53,733 nt of DNA from positions 1-53,733 of IMG/VR virus record IMGVR_UViG_3300027126_000252. One strand, 5' to 3'. The notes below the pieces were generated by a model. That model was given only the letters and a program-made list of their open reading frames with translations. It did no database searches and was not told the origin of the DNA. Positions 10,392 through 20,095 of this stretch are shown in pieces (position 1 is the stretch's first letter; each line of letters opens with the position of its first letter). The translations under genes and the position numbers were made by a program. The stretch comes from a virus. Taxonomy: Duplodnaviria; Caudoviricetes.

Positions 10392-13300
10392 ATAGTATCT
10401 TCCTTATAGGTAAATGAGAAAGTACCTGGCACAAAATAAGAGAATATAGAAATACCTACATTTTGAATTACACCATCATTGTTATCTGTGAAGTAATTAA
10501 GTTCAAAAGTGTAGTCAAAAATAGATTCTGTTCTAGGTATAGCTACCATAATTTTATTTGCACTATCTGTAATTGTATTAAGTCCTATCACTAAATTAGA
10601 ACTACCTATAAAAGAAGCAGTATATGCACTTAAAGGAGCATTTAATCTATCTGTGCTATCAAGTAGAGTAAATTCTTTATCATTACCATAAATACGAGCT
10701 TGATCCCCACCACCTAAGCCATCGACTACTTTATTAAATAATTCTGTATCTATAAGGTAAACTGCCACTGCATTAGAACTAAGTTCATTTAAATCTCTTT
10801 TAGTCACAGGTGTTATAATTTCTCTTAAAATTAAAGTATTTTGAGCCACTGCTAATTTATTGAGAGGAACATCTACATATGAAACACCTGTAGTTTCATC
10901 TATAAGTCTTATCACATCAGAAATTCTAAAAGTACCACCTAAACCAATACCATTAAAGAATACAGATAGACTTGCTCTTAAATTTTGGTCTACAGTAGAA
11001 GCAATAGAACCCCTTCTTATAACGATATTACCTTTAATATCAATAGGCACTTCAGTACATTCTTTTACTAAAACATCAGCTGTTAAGTGTTTATTAGAGT
11101 CTATCTTATTTTGCACACTTTGAACGATTAAATTAGTCTGATATGTAATCACATGATTTTTAGCATACTGATAAGAAAGAACTACTGTTTGCCCATCAGT
11201 TATTGTACTCGCTGTTGTCCTTGTTAAATAAGTAATACCATTTACTACTTCTATTAAGTAATCAGGATTTGCTTTGAAAGAACTCTTATATGTAGTAAGA
11301 CCATTAGAAGATTCTACTACAATAGAATAGATATCGACACCTTTTTTAGTTATCTGATAACGATAAAATCCTGTAAAAGTAACGGACTCGTCAGTTATAT
11401 TTCTCATTTCATAATCAGTGATATTTAAAAGTTCTACATAAGATGTAGATGCTCTTGAATTACCTGTTCTTAAAGGGTCTTCTTTTTTATAAAATACCCA
11501 ATCGGTATTTTGAATTAAAGCTACACCATCTTCATCAACAACAGATAAAACGGAACTCACAGGTTGTCTAGCTAAAGTAATTTTTTCACTTATAGGTTCT
11601 TGCCAGTCCCCTGTTATCACATCAGACATACTATAAGATACAGTTTGTATAGCTACATTTAATTGTATATAAACATTATCTACAATCGTATATCCTGTTA
11701 GGTCAAAATACTCATTCGTAGAATTATTTCTTAAACCAAGACCTATAGTGTTATCATTTAGCATACTAGCTATTGTTTGCCCACTATCTAATTTAAATAG
11801 ATATAAAGACTCATCACCAATAGGGATAAATAAGCTATCCCTATGAATTTGAAATGTCGGTGCAAAGACATCTGTTACTGTAGCTAGTGAAGACCCTCTA
11901 ATCCATATATCTACACAACCTGGTCCTCTATATTGATAAATAGAATCAGCTGAGATAATAAGGGAGTCTAAAACACCTGGTGTTGATCTAGTAAGTCTTT
12001 CATAACCACTTCTAGTGCCTGTATCAACGGAGGATAATACTGCTAAAGCTCTATTTGCTAAAGCTCTATTATTTTCAGCATCAGAACCACCAAAAGTTGA
12101 AGATTCATTCGTTACAAGAACTCCTACGGGACCCCCTGTTTTAATTTGTCCTGCAATAAGATTGCCTGCTAGACCTGGGTCAACAGCTTGGACGGACACG
12201 GTCACTTGGTATCTTTTTTTAACGGGATTATAATAAGAGGCAATAGAAGCTAAGTCCATAAAAGAGTTTTGGGTTGTAACAAAATTAATTGCACCTGATG
12301 AAACAGTAGTTCCTCTTGGGATACTTATAGTTCTAGTAGGTACAGTATTAGTATAGAATATGACCTCGCCGATAGCTTTACCACCTGTTCTACGAATAAT
12401 CCCAAAATTAGTTGCTAATTTATCAAAAGCATTATCTATAATAGCTTGTACTCTTGAAGGGTTGGCAAAGAATAAAGCCTGTGCTAACCCTTGTTTATAA
12501 GCACTATTTGCTACTAATATAGAAGTTCCTGTCTGTAAAGGATCATCAATATCTAGTAAAGTACTAAAAGATGTTGATCTATATATAAAGTCTAATAAGA
12601 ATCTTGTTCTTTCCATTTCAGAAACAAAAGGGTCTATAATTAAATCTCTAGCTACTGAGCCTGGTTGCACTGCTAAATCGGGTTGAAGATTTAAAACCTT
12701 ACCTATCATATTCTCTATAAGTTCATTTCTAGTGACCACAGGTATAGAGATATTTGTTGAATTTATATTTACAGGCAAACTAGCTATCTCATTAGAAGGT
12801 TTAGATTCGACCTCTGTGCCATCTATGACCTTAACAGAAGTAGCTACATAGTATAGAGGAGCAGTTAAAGGGATTGTTGAGAAATCTGCTGTTAATATAG
12901 TAGGTGGGATTGATGCTTCTGATTTAGACCTATTATGTGCAAACCTAATTTCTCTTTGAAATTCTACACTAGATAGAGATGTGGTCAATCTCAAGTTTTT
13001 AACTGTTTCAGCCACTTCACTTGTAAATACGATATCTGTTTTAAGAGTGTTGTTATCACTATCTGTTTGTATAAAGCTAAGAGTTGTATTTAAGGGATCG
13101 GCAATTTCAGCTTTTATATCTAAAGTATCAGATACAATAGTGCTTGTAGTTTCTACGGGAAATCCATAAGACACAGGATCTAAAGGTCTAGCATTTATTT
13201 TGCTATATCCAGCTGTACCACCAAATGGATAGATAGAAGCATATAAGTTATAATAGCTGACCTCACTATCGGTATGTATAAATTTAATAAGGACATCATC

Positions 13301-13654
13301 AGCTTGTCGTTCTATATCTATTTGTGGTGGTGTAGGTAGGTTGGTAGCTTGTTCGCTAGGTAAAATTAAATCTAGGGAAAAAGTTTCATTACCTGTTTTA
13401 ATAATAAATTCGTTAGTGCCTGTTAATAAAGGGTATCCATCAGGAGAAGTAGTGGGGTGTGGGAAGGTAAATTTAGTGCCGACTAAGAGTATTTCACCTG
13501 CATTTTTACTGTATACATATCCATCAATTTCTATGGTAAGGTCAGAACCGAGAGGGTCGACATTACCGTAGATAAAGATATTATCGAGTGTAGTGGAATA
13601 AGTGGCTGGACTTGTTAAAACTGTATTTAAAGGGGATGTAATAGTGATACTCAA
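10388..13654 (-). CDS. Baseplate J-like (gp6/gp47-like) wedge protein with N-terminal Ig/FN3-like extension
   Basis: 'PGSVARDL', 'KLATNFGIIR..G.KA.G.V.F', 'IPRGTTVS', 'V.VQA...G.AGN', 'VTN....GGSD.E...L..R' are baseplate J hallmarks; TTG start. Confidence 0.85.
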   Translation of the reverse strand: MSITITSPLNTVLTSPATYSTTLDNIFIYGNVDPLGSDLTIEIDGYVYSKNAGEILLVGTKFTFPHPTTSPDGYPLLTGTNEFIIKTGNETFSLDLILPSEQATNLPTPPQIDIERQADDVLIKFIHTDSEVSYYNLYASIYPFGGTAGYSKINARPLDPVSYGFPVETTSTIVSDTLDIKAEIADPLNTTLSFIQTDSDNNTLKTDIVFTSEVAETVKNLRLTTSLSSVEFQREIRFAHNRSKSEASIPPTILTADFSTIPLTAPLYYVATSVKVIDGTEVESKPSNEIASLPVNINSTNISIPVVTRNELIENMIGKVLNLQPDLAVQPGSVARDLIIDPFVSEMERTRFLLDFIYRSTSFSTLLDIDDPLQTGTSILVANSAYKQGLAQALFFANPSRVQAIIDNAFDKLATNFGIIRRTGGKAIGEVIFYTNTVPTRTISIPRGTTVSSGAINFVTTQNSFMDLASIASYYNPVKKRYQVTVSVQAVDPGLAGNLIAGQIKTGGPVGVLVTNESSTFGGSDAENNRALANRALAVLSSVDTGTRSGYERLTRSTPGVLDSLIISADSIYQYRGPGCVDIWIRGSSLATVTDVFAPTFQIHRDSLFIPIGDESLYLFKLDSGQTIASMLNDNTIGLGLRNNSTNEYFDLTGYTIVDNVYIQLNVAIQTVSYSMSDVITGDWQEPISEKITLARQPVSSVLSVVDEDGVALIQNTDWVFYKKEDPLRTGNSRASTSYVELLNITDYEMRNITDESVTFTGFYRYQITKKGVDIYSIVVESSNGLTTYKSSFKANPDYLIEVVNGITYLTRTTASTITDGQTVVLSYQYAKNHVITYQTNLIVQSVQNKIDSNKHLTADVLVKECTEVPIDIKGNIVIRRGSIASTVDQNLRASLSVFFNGIGLGGTFRISDVIRLIDETTGVSYVDVPLNKLAVAQNTLILREIITPVTKRDLNELSSNAVAVYLIDTELFNKVVDGLGGGDQARIYGNDKEFTLLDSTDRLNAPLSAYTASFIGSSNLVIGLNTITDSANKIMVAIPRTESIFDYTFELNYFTDNNDGVIQNVGISIFSYFVPGTFSFTYKEDTI

Positions 13655-13656
13655 TT

Positions 13657-14694
13657 TTAAGCTCCTGTTAAGTCGAATGAACCTGGGACAGCAAATACGA
13701 TATTGATATTAACGGTAGTATTTGCTCGTGAAACAACATCTACTGAAACGAGATAAGTAGTCTGATCGTCAGCAATAGGTTCTACTGTGATTCTAGATAT
13801 ACGACTTATTTTTTCTTCAAGAGTCATAGTTTGTACTTTTTCTACTTGGTTTTGTATATCAAAAACCTTGTTAATTGCTTTATTGACAGAATCTTTTAAT
13901 GCCATTTGTGTAGCACTCTGTACTTTATTGCCTATTAAATCAAAAGCATTTGTTCCGTACCATACATGATAGGGATTACTATTTACTCTTGTTAAACAGA
14001 CCTTTGCAACAGTTTGATATAATTTATCATACCCATCAACAGTTATAATCTCACCAGATGAATTAAATCGTATATCATTTTCAACACCTGTAGTCTTACA
14101 CCGAATACAATAATTTTTACCTGTCATATAATCTAATTCTAAAGTTGCTGAAACAGCCTCATTAAATACTATTTTATATCCTATATCTGACCTACCAGCT
14201 AACTTCCAACCTGAAAAGATATCCCTCCCCCTAGAAGTAAAGATGTTTGTTTTAAAACCAAAAGGCTTTAAGTCTGTACTAGCTATTTTAAGATGGGCAT
14301 AACGACCACTTTCAAAAACCTCTGTGATAGCTATTGATTTATCTTTAGCTGATGCTCTTATGGTATTAGGTAAAGAAGCATTTAATAAATCTATCATTTG
14401 TTTTTGAGATAATATTCCTTTAGGTATAGAAATAGAATAAGTGGTACCTGTATAATTGGTAATATTTATTGTGATAGGGTTAAGATTGCGATAAGGGGCA
14501 TTACTAGGGAATACAATTTCAGGAAATGTTTTTAATCCTGTAGGGGGGATAGAAATATTATCTCGCCTAATACTTAAAAAACCATCTCCTGTGATAGGTA
14601 CTCTTGTGATAAGCTCCTTTGTACTTGGAAGGTCATATTTCTCACACCTTATGACATGGGGACATAAGTGAGAAACTAAAATATCTTTACTCAT
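13657..14694 (-). CDS. Baseplate wedge subunit with C-terminal gp25/gpW-like domain
   Basis: C-terminal 'DIRFNSSGEIITVDG.DKL.Q...K..LT...SNPYH.WYGT....LIG' matches the gp25-like pattern; first gene of the baseplate operon. Confidence 0.7.
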   Translation of the reverse strand: MSKDILVSHLCPHVIRCEKYDLPSTKELITRVPITGDGFLSIRRDNISIPPTGLKTFPEIVFPSNAPYRNLNPITINITNYTGTTYSISIPKGILSQKQMIDLLNASLPNTIRASAKDKSIAITEVFESGRYAHLKIASTDLKPFGFKTNIFTSRGRDIFSGWKLAGRSDIGYKIVFNEAVSATLELDYMTGKNYCIRCKTTGVENDIRFNSSGEIITVDGYDKLYQTVAKVCLTRVNSNPYHVWYGTNAFDLIGNKVQSATQMALKDSVNKAINKVFDIQNQVEKVQTMTLEEKISRISRITVEPIADDQTTYLVSVDVVSRANTTVNINIVFAVPGSFDLTGA

Positions 14695-14756
14695 TTCAAT
14701 CTCTTTTTTGTATCTTTATAGATATAAGAATATAAATCATAAAAAGGATTATACCT

Positions 14757-15113
14757 ATGAAGTATTTACCTATCCTATTAGTCCCTTGTCTTTTATATGC
14801 CCAAGAAGACCCCACTTTTGTTAAGGGTTCTACTAAAAAAGATGTCGCCATATATAATAGGGATAAAGATATTGAACGACTCGAATCAGAAATCACAACC
14901 CTTAAAAAAGAAGTCCTTGATCTTAAACTCGCTTTAAAAGATAAAGACCTCGTTATAGAAAAAGAAAAGACTTCGACCACCCTATGTCAATTTAAACTTA
15001 TAGAAACATCAAGTAAATTATCTAGCTGTGAATCAGGACAAACGGCACAAATTATATTAGGTAGTTTATCCTTTATAGGTTCCGGTGTTGCTAGTGTAGG
15101 TTGCCTTAAATAA
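14757..15113 (+). CDS. Exported/membrane coiled-coil protein (possible spanin-like)
   Basis: Signal-like N-terminus MKYLPILLVPCLLYA|QE, heptad coiled coil, hydrophobic C-terminal helix. Confidence 0.55.
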   Translation: MKYLPILLVPCLLYAQEDPTFVKGSTKKDVAIYNRDKDIERLESEITTLKKEVLDLKLALKDKDLVIEKEKTSTTLCQFKLIETSSKLSSCESGQTAQIILGSLSFIGSGVASVGCLK

Positions 15114-16170
15114 ATGAAATACACCCTCTGTTTTCACCATAGGTGTACCCTATCTTACTAACACCCGTATATTCTTTAATCTTTAATAATAACTTGTTTA
15201 AGTTCTCAATATCACTCCCCCATAGATCAACATCCTCAAGTCCTTGTTCTGTTTTAATTTTAAGAACACCCACTTGTGTAGGAATATCTGTTTTAGTAAT
15301 AATAAGTGTATCTACACCATTTACTTGTACTGCTTCTTTAAGCATAGGTAAATCGAGCCAACCAATTTTTCTAGGTCTGCCTGTAGTAGCTCCATATTCT
15401 TTACCTATCTCTCTATATTTATTTACAACTGTTTCACTTTGAACTTCTTCAAAAGTACCTGTACCGACTTTAGTTTCATATACTTTAGCAATACCAATTA
15501 CTTCTGTTAAGTCTTTATGGCTTAATCTAGTAGAATAGAAAACAGAACCTATAGTAGTACAAGAAGATGTGACATTAGGATATTCTTCACCCCATATATC
15601 TAACCTATACCCTTGACACCCTTCGAGAATAATTTCTCTACCCTCTTCTAACATATCTCTTAGGTAAACCTCAGCATCACCAATAAAATATTGTAATTTA
15701 GCTTTTTGGTCAGGTGTAGCAAAGTGGTTTAACCATGTATTCATAGTAATACCATCACGAGCAATAAAATCTCTAAGAGCAGGTCCAATACCTTTAGCAG
15801 TAGTGCCTAATCTCCTTTGATATTTAGCTATATCATCATCAATATGCCATGACATGACGACAGGAGCATAAGAACTGACGATAAGAGAATTGGGTTGCAC
15901 ATTAAATTCTTCCATCTCTTTAAGGAGTTGGATAGGATCAACAACAACAGCTCTAGTGATAACATTGGTAGCATTAGGGTTTAAGACACCACTAGGTAAT
16001 AAATGAACAACGGATTTATTACCTTCTTTGTCATATATCGTATGTCCTGCATTAGCACCACCTTGATATCTGACAATCACAGGATTATTAGTAGTATGGC
16101 ATAGATCATCAACAACACGACCTTTACCCTCATCTCCATTTTGTAAGCCTAAAATAACTTTAACAGCCAT
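15106..16170 (-). CDS. purA: Adenylosuccinate synthetase (short form, 354 aa)
   Basis: GDEGKG P-loop, NAGHT, HLLPSG, GTT.KGIGP, EGCQG, YPNVTSS, GATTGRPR.IGW and TKTD motifs. Confidence 0.95.
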   Translation of the reverse strand: MAVKVILGLQNGDEGKGRVVDDLCHTTNNPVIVRYQGGANAGHTIYDKEGNKSVVHLLPSGVLNPNATNVITRAVVVDPIQLLKEMEEFNVQPNSLIVSSYAPVVMSWHIDDDIAKYQRRLGTTAKGIGPALRDFIARDGITMNTWLNHFATPDQKAKLQYFIGDAEVYLRDMLEEGREIILEGCQGYRLDIWGEEYPNVTSSCTTIGSVFYSTRLSHKDLTEVIGIAKVYETKVGTGTFEEVQSETVVNKYREIGKEYGATTGRPRKIGWLDLPMLKEAVQVNGVDTLIITKTDIPTQVGVLKIKTEQGLEDVDLWGSDIENLNKLLLKIKEYTGVSKIGYTYGENRGCISFI

Positions 16171-16195
16171 TCTGATCTCCTTTTATGTAATAGGC

Positions 16196-17203
16196 TTATA
16201 TACTATACAATTTAAAATTAGAATCTAGTTTAATCATTCTATCCCTAATTGTCTTTATAGATTCATCACCTATATCTACACCTATCCAGTCCCTATTTAA
16301 CTTCTGAGCCACAGCTAAAGTGGTTCCTGACCCACAAAAGAAGTCTGCCACTAAGTCTCCTTCGTTAGATGAAGCTTTAATGATTCTTTCTAGGAGAGTT
16401 TCAGGTTTTTGGGTAGGATATCCATTTCTCTCGCTAGATTTAGGATCAACTGCTTTTATATCCCATACTGAGTCAATAGTCTTACCATCCATTCTAAATA
16501 AAACATCACTACCACAAGGGTCTCGATGATTTTCTTTTTTGAATCTTCGTAAATATCCTAAGAATCTTGTATCTTGTGATGGGTAATTACTTCCCAGGAT
16601 CTCATTATTTTCGTTGAAATAATCTTTCCATCTAGTGTAGTCAACAGTTTCACCTATAACACCATCCTTTAATAAATTGAAATTATAAACTTTTGATTTG
16701 ACATAAAAAAGAATATAGTCATGTTTTCTAGGGAAGTATTCTTTTACTTGTCCTTGATATGTTTGATAGTGCCAAATTATTTCATTCCTAAAATTACTCT
16801 CTCCAAATATCTCATTCAGCATTAATCTTATATATATGTTAGTACGATAATCTACATGAACATAGATACTTCCTGTATCTTTTAATAACAAACTCATCAG
16901 ATACAATCTCTCATAGATAAACTGTAAATAATCATCTAAAGTGAATTTATCTGTATAGGCGAAATTACCATCTTTAGTTTTAAAATCAAGCCCAGTAAGG
17001 TAAGGTGGATCAATATAGATAAGGTCTATCTTACCTTTATATTGCCCTAAGAGGCTAACCATAGCATCTAGGTTATTACCTTTGATGAGTAAACCCTTAT
17101 TAGAAGGTGGGATTAGAGAATTAGACTTTATATCTTCTATTAATCTTAAATCTTTAGGAGATTCTAAATCAGGCACTACTTTATCTTTTATCTCAAATCT
17201 CAT
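16196..17203 (-). CDS. Beta-class amino (N6-A or N4-C) DNA methyltransferase, array copy 4
   Basis: IYIDPPY (motif IV) ... variable region ... YPTQKP ... DFFCGSGTT (motif I). Confidence 0.92.
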   Translation of the reverse strand: MRFEIKDKVVPDLESPKDLRLIEDIKSNSLIPPSNKGLLIKGNNLDAMVSLLGQYKGKIDLIYIDPPYLTGLDFKTKDGNFAYTDKFTLDDYLQFIYERLYLMSLLLKDTGSIYVHVDYRTNIYIRLMLNEIFGESNFRNEIIWHYQTYQGQVKEYFPRKHDYILFYVKSKVYNFNLLKDGVIGETVDYTRWKDYFNENNEILGSNYPSQDTRFLGYLRRFKKENHRDPCGSDVLFRMDGKTIDSVWDIKAVDPKSSERNGYPTQKPETLLERIIKASSNEGDLVADFFCGSGTTLAVAQKLNRDWIGVDIGDESIKTIRDRMIKLDSNFKLYSI

Positions 17204-18198
17204 TTAAGTTCCTTTATCTGAAAATTAGAATCCAGCTTAATCATTCTATCTCTAATAGTCTTTATAGATTCATCTCCTATATCTACACCTATCCAGTTTC
17301 TATTTAACTTTTGAGCAACGGAGATTGTTGTCCCTGACCCACAAAAGAAATCAGCTACTAAATCCCCTTCGTTAGAAGAAGCTTTAATGATTCTTTCTAG
17401 AAGAGCTTCAGGTTTTTGAGTAGGGTAACCTAATCTTTCTTTATTGCTAGAACCACCTAATATTTTTATATCATCCCACCAGTCATTTAAAGGTGGTTTA
17501 CCTCCACTAAATTCAATAGGTTGTAAATCAGATGGTAGCTTACCTGACTTTACTGCATTGTTGTATTTATCCCAATCAAATACTGTTGCCATCTTTTTAG
17601 ATAGATTTACATTATATCCTTTCCTTTTACCACTCTCAAAAGTCTTTAAAGAACCCTCAGTAGGATTCCCATATTGAACATTAAAAGTATTATTCTCCGA
17701 TTTTACATAGTAAAGAATATAATCATGTTTATTACAAAACCTTTTGATTTTTGAAGGCATCCCCCTGTAACACCATATAATCTCATTTCTAAAATTATTT
17801 TCCCCAAATATCTCATTTAAAATTAAGCGAAGATACATATTAGTCCGATAATCTACATGAACATAAATACTTCCAGTGTCTTTTAATAGCAGGTGCATTA
17901 CATATATTCTCTCATAGATAAACTGTAAATAATCACCTAAAGTGAATTTATCTGTATAAGCGAAATTGCCTTCTTTAGTTTTAAAATCAAGTCCAGTAAG
18001 ATAAGGTGGGTCTATGTAGATAAGGTCTATTTTCCCTTTGTATTGATCTAAGAGACTGACCATAGCATCGAGATTATTACCTTTAATAAGTAAACCTTTA
18101 TTTGTGTTCTCTTTACTAGACTTTATATCCTCTATTAAATCTAATTCTTTAGGTGATTCTAAATCAGGTACTACTTTATCTTTTATTTCAAATCTCAT
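17200..18198 (-). CDS. Beta-class amino DNA methyltransferase, array copy 3
   Basis: Same motif order: DPPY / YPTQKP / FFCGSGTT; ATGA overlap with both neighbours. Confidence 0.92.
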   Translation of the reverse strand: MRFEIKDKVVPDLESPKELDLIEDIKSSKENTNKGLLIKGNNLDAMVSLLDQYKGKIDLIYIDPPYLTGLDFKTKEGNFAYTDKFTLGDYLQFIYERIYVMHLLLKDTGSIYVHVDYRTNMYLRLILNEIFGENNFRNEIIWCYRGMPSKIKRFCNKHDYILYYVKSENNTFNVQYGNPTEGSLKTFESGKRKGYNVNLSKKMATVFDWDKYNNAVKSGKLPSDLQPIEFSGGKPPLNDWWDDIKILGGSSNKERLGYPTQKPEALLERIIKASSNEGDLVADFFCGSGTTISVAQKLNRNWIGVDIGDESIKTIRDRMIKLDSNFQIKELK

Positions 18199-19115
18199 TT
18201 AAGTTCCTTTATCTGAAAATTAGAATCTAGATTAACCATCCTATCCTTGATGGTTTTTATGGACTCTTCACCCATATCTACCCCTACCCAGTCCCTATTT
18301 AACTTCTGAGCTACAGCTAAAGTCGTACCTGATCCACAAAAGAAGTCTGCCACTAAATCACCTTCGTTAGAAGAAGCTTTAATGATTCTTTCTAGGAGAG
18401 CTTCAGGCTTTTGAGTGGGATAACCTAAAAGTTCGTTTTTTAACCTTCCCACAGGTGTTATATCAAACCACCAATCTTCTAATATCTTACCTTTATTTTC
18501 TAATTCATCTAAAGAGACATTACTGTTTGAAGTTTTAAACCCCAACCCACCTCTCCCATGTAAACCTGATTTATGTGGGATTCTTTGAATATTAAATTGT
18601 GTATATTTAGTCTTTGCATAAAAGAAAATAGAGTCATGTTTCCTAGAAAAATAGTCTTTAGTATTTGAGGGTCCTGAGTAACACCATATAATCTCATTCC
18701 TAAAATTACTCTCTCCTAGTATCTCATCTAGTATCAATCTTATATATGGACTTGTTCTATAATCTACATGAACATAAATGCTCCCTGTGTCTTTTAATAA
18801 CAAGTGCATTACATATATTCTCTCATAAATAAACTGTAAATAGTCATCTAAAGTGAATTTGTCTGTATAAGCGAAATTACCATCTTTAGTTTTAAAATCA
18901 AGTCCAGTAAGATAAGGTGGATCAATATAAATAAGGTCTATTTTCCCTTTATACTCATTGAGTAGACTAACCATAACATCAAGGTTGTTGCCTTTAATAA
19001 GTAAACCTTTATTAGAAGGTGGTATTAGGGAATTAGACTTTATATCCTCTATTAATTCTAAATCTTTGGATGAATCAAGATTAGGAACTACTTTATCTTT
19101 TATCTCAAATCTCAT
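18195..19115 (-). CDS. Beta-class amino DNA methyltransferase, array copy 2
   Basis: Same motif order; ATGA overlaps. Confidence 0.92.
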   Translation of the reverse strand: MRFEIKDKVVPNLDSSKDLELIEDIKSNSLIPPSNKGLLIKGNNLDVMVSLLNEYKGKIDLIYIDPPYLTGLDFKTKDGNFAYTDKFTLDDYLQFIYERIYVMHLLLKDTGSIYVHVDYRTSPYIRLILDEILGESNFRNEIIWCYSGPSNTKDYFSRKHDSIFFYAKTKYTQFNIQRIPHKSGLHGRGGLGFKTSNSNVSLDELENKGKILEDWWFDITPVGRLKNELLGYPTQKPEALLERIIKASSNEGDLVADFFCGSGTTLAVAQKLNRDWVGVDMGEESIKTIKDRMVNLDSNFQIKELK

Positions 19116-20011
19116 TTAATTTCCTTTATCTGAAAATTAGAGTCAAATTTAATCATTCTATCCCTAATTGTCTTTATAGATTCATCCCCCATATCTACCC
19201 CTATCCAGTCCCTATTTAGTTTTTGAGCTACAGCTAAAGTCGTGCCGGATCCACAGAAAAAATCAGCTATTAAATCACCTTCATTAGAAGAAGCTTTGAT
19301 AATTCTTTCCAATAAAGGTTCAGGCTTTTGAGTAGGATACCCGACCTTTTCTTTACTAAAACTATTTACTAAAATAGAATTTAGAATGTCCTCTTTATTA
19401 CAATTCCATGTATCTTCAATAGCAAAACCATTACCTGTAGGAATACCTTCCCCTCTTCTAACATAAGTGGGGGGGTATGGTATATATTCTTTATTAAAAA
19501 TATAGTTATCACTTTTAGTGTAGTATAAAATGTTGTCATGGTTTCTAACCCAGTTTTTTGCTACTGATTTATATCCAGAGACCCAACCAATTCTCCATAT
19601 AATTTCTCTTTGAAAGTTCCCTGATCCAAATATCTCATCCATTATGATTTTAATATATGAACTTGTTCTATAAATACTTCCCGTATCTTTTAATAAAAAA
19701 CTCATTAAATATAGTCTCTCATATATGAATTGTAAAAAACCATCTAAAGTGAATTTATCCGTATATGCAAAATTACCGTCTTTAGTTTTAAAGTCTAATC
19801 CTGTCATATAAGGTGGGTCTATATAAATAAGGTCTATTTTCCCTTTATACTGCCCTAAGAGACTGACCATAATATCGAGATTATTGCCTTTAATAAGTAA
19901 ACCTTTATTAGTAGGCGGAATTAGACAGTTGGATTCAATATCTTCTATTAACTCAATCTCTTTAGGTGAATCAAGATTAGGATGTGCTTTATTGTCCCAA
20001 GTAAAGAGCAT
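19112..20011 (-). CDS. Beta-class amino DNA methyltransferase, array copy 1, with an in-frame 5-aa deletion in the core (possibly impaired)
   Basis: DPPY, YPTQKP and FFCGSGTT present; GSIY-----RTS lacks the VHVDY found in the other three copies. Confidence 0.85.
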   Translation of the reverse strand: MLFTWDNKAHPNLDSPKEIELIEDIESNCLIPPTNKGLLIKGNNLDIMVSLLGQYKGKIDLIYIDPPYMTGLDFKTKDGNFAYTDKFTLDGFLQFIYERLYLMSFLLKDTGSIYRTSSYIKIIMDEIFGSGNFQREIIWRIGWVSGYKSVAKNWVRNHDNILYYTKSDNYIFNKEYIPYPPTYVRRGEGIPTGNGFAIEDTWNCNKEDILNSILVNSFSKEKVGYPTQKPEPLLERIIKASSNEGDLIADFFCGSGTTLAVAQKLNRDWIGVDMGDESIKTIRDRMIKFDSNFQIKEIK

Positions 20012-20095
20012 GAAATAGTCCTTGTTAATATTACTTTTATTGTATAGTATCTATGTTTTGTTTGCTAAAACTATACACATAAATGAGAGATAAGA

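Noticed and set aside
15106-16170. PurZ / 2-aminoadenine (Z-genome) pathway
   Set aside because: The P-loop keeps the catalytic Asp (GDEGKG) of PurA rather than the Ser of PurZ, the GTP-type TKxD motif is present, and no dATPase or MazZ-like gene is seen nearby
16196-20011. Type III restriction-modification or phase-variable mod locus
   Set aside because: No res gene adjacent, proteins are only about 300-335 aa, and I found no simple-sequence repeat tract, invertase or inverted repeats
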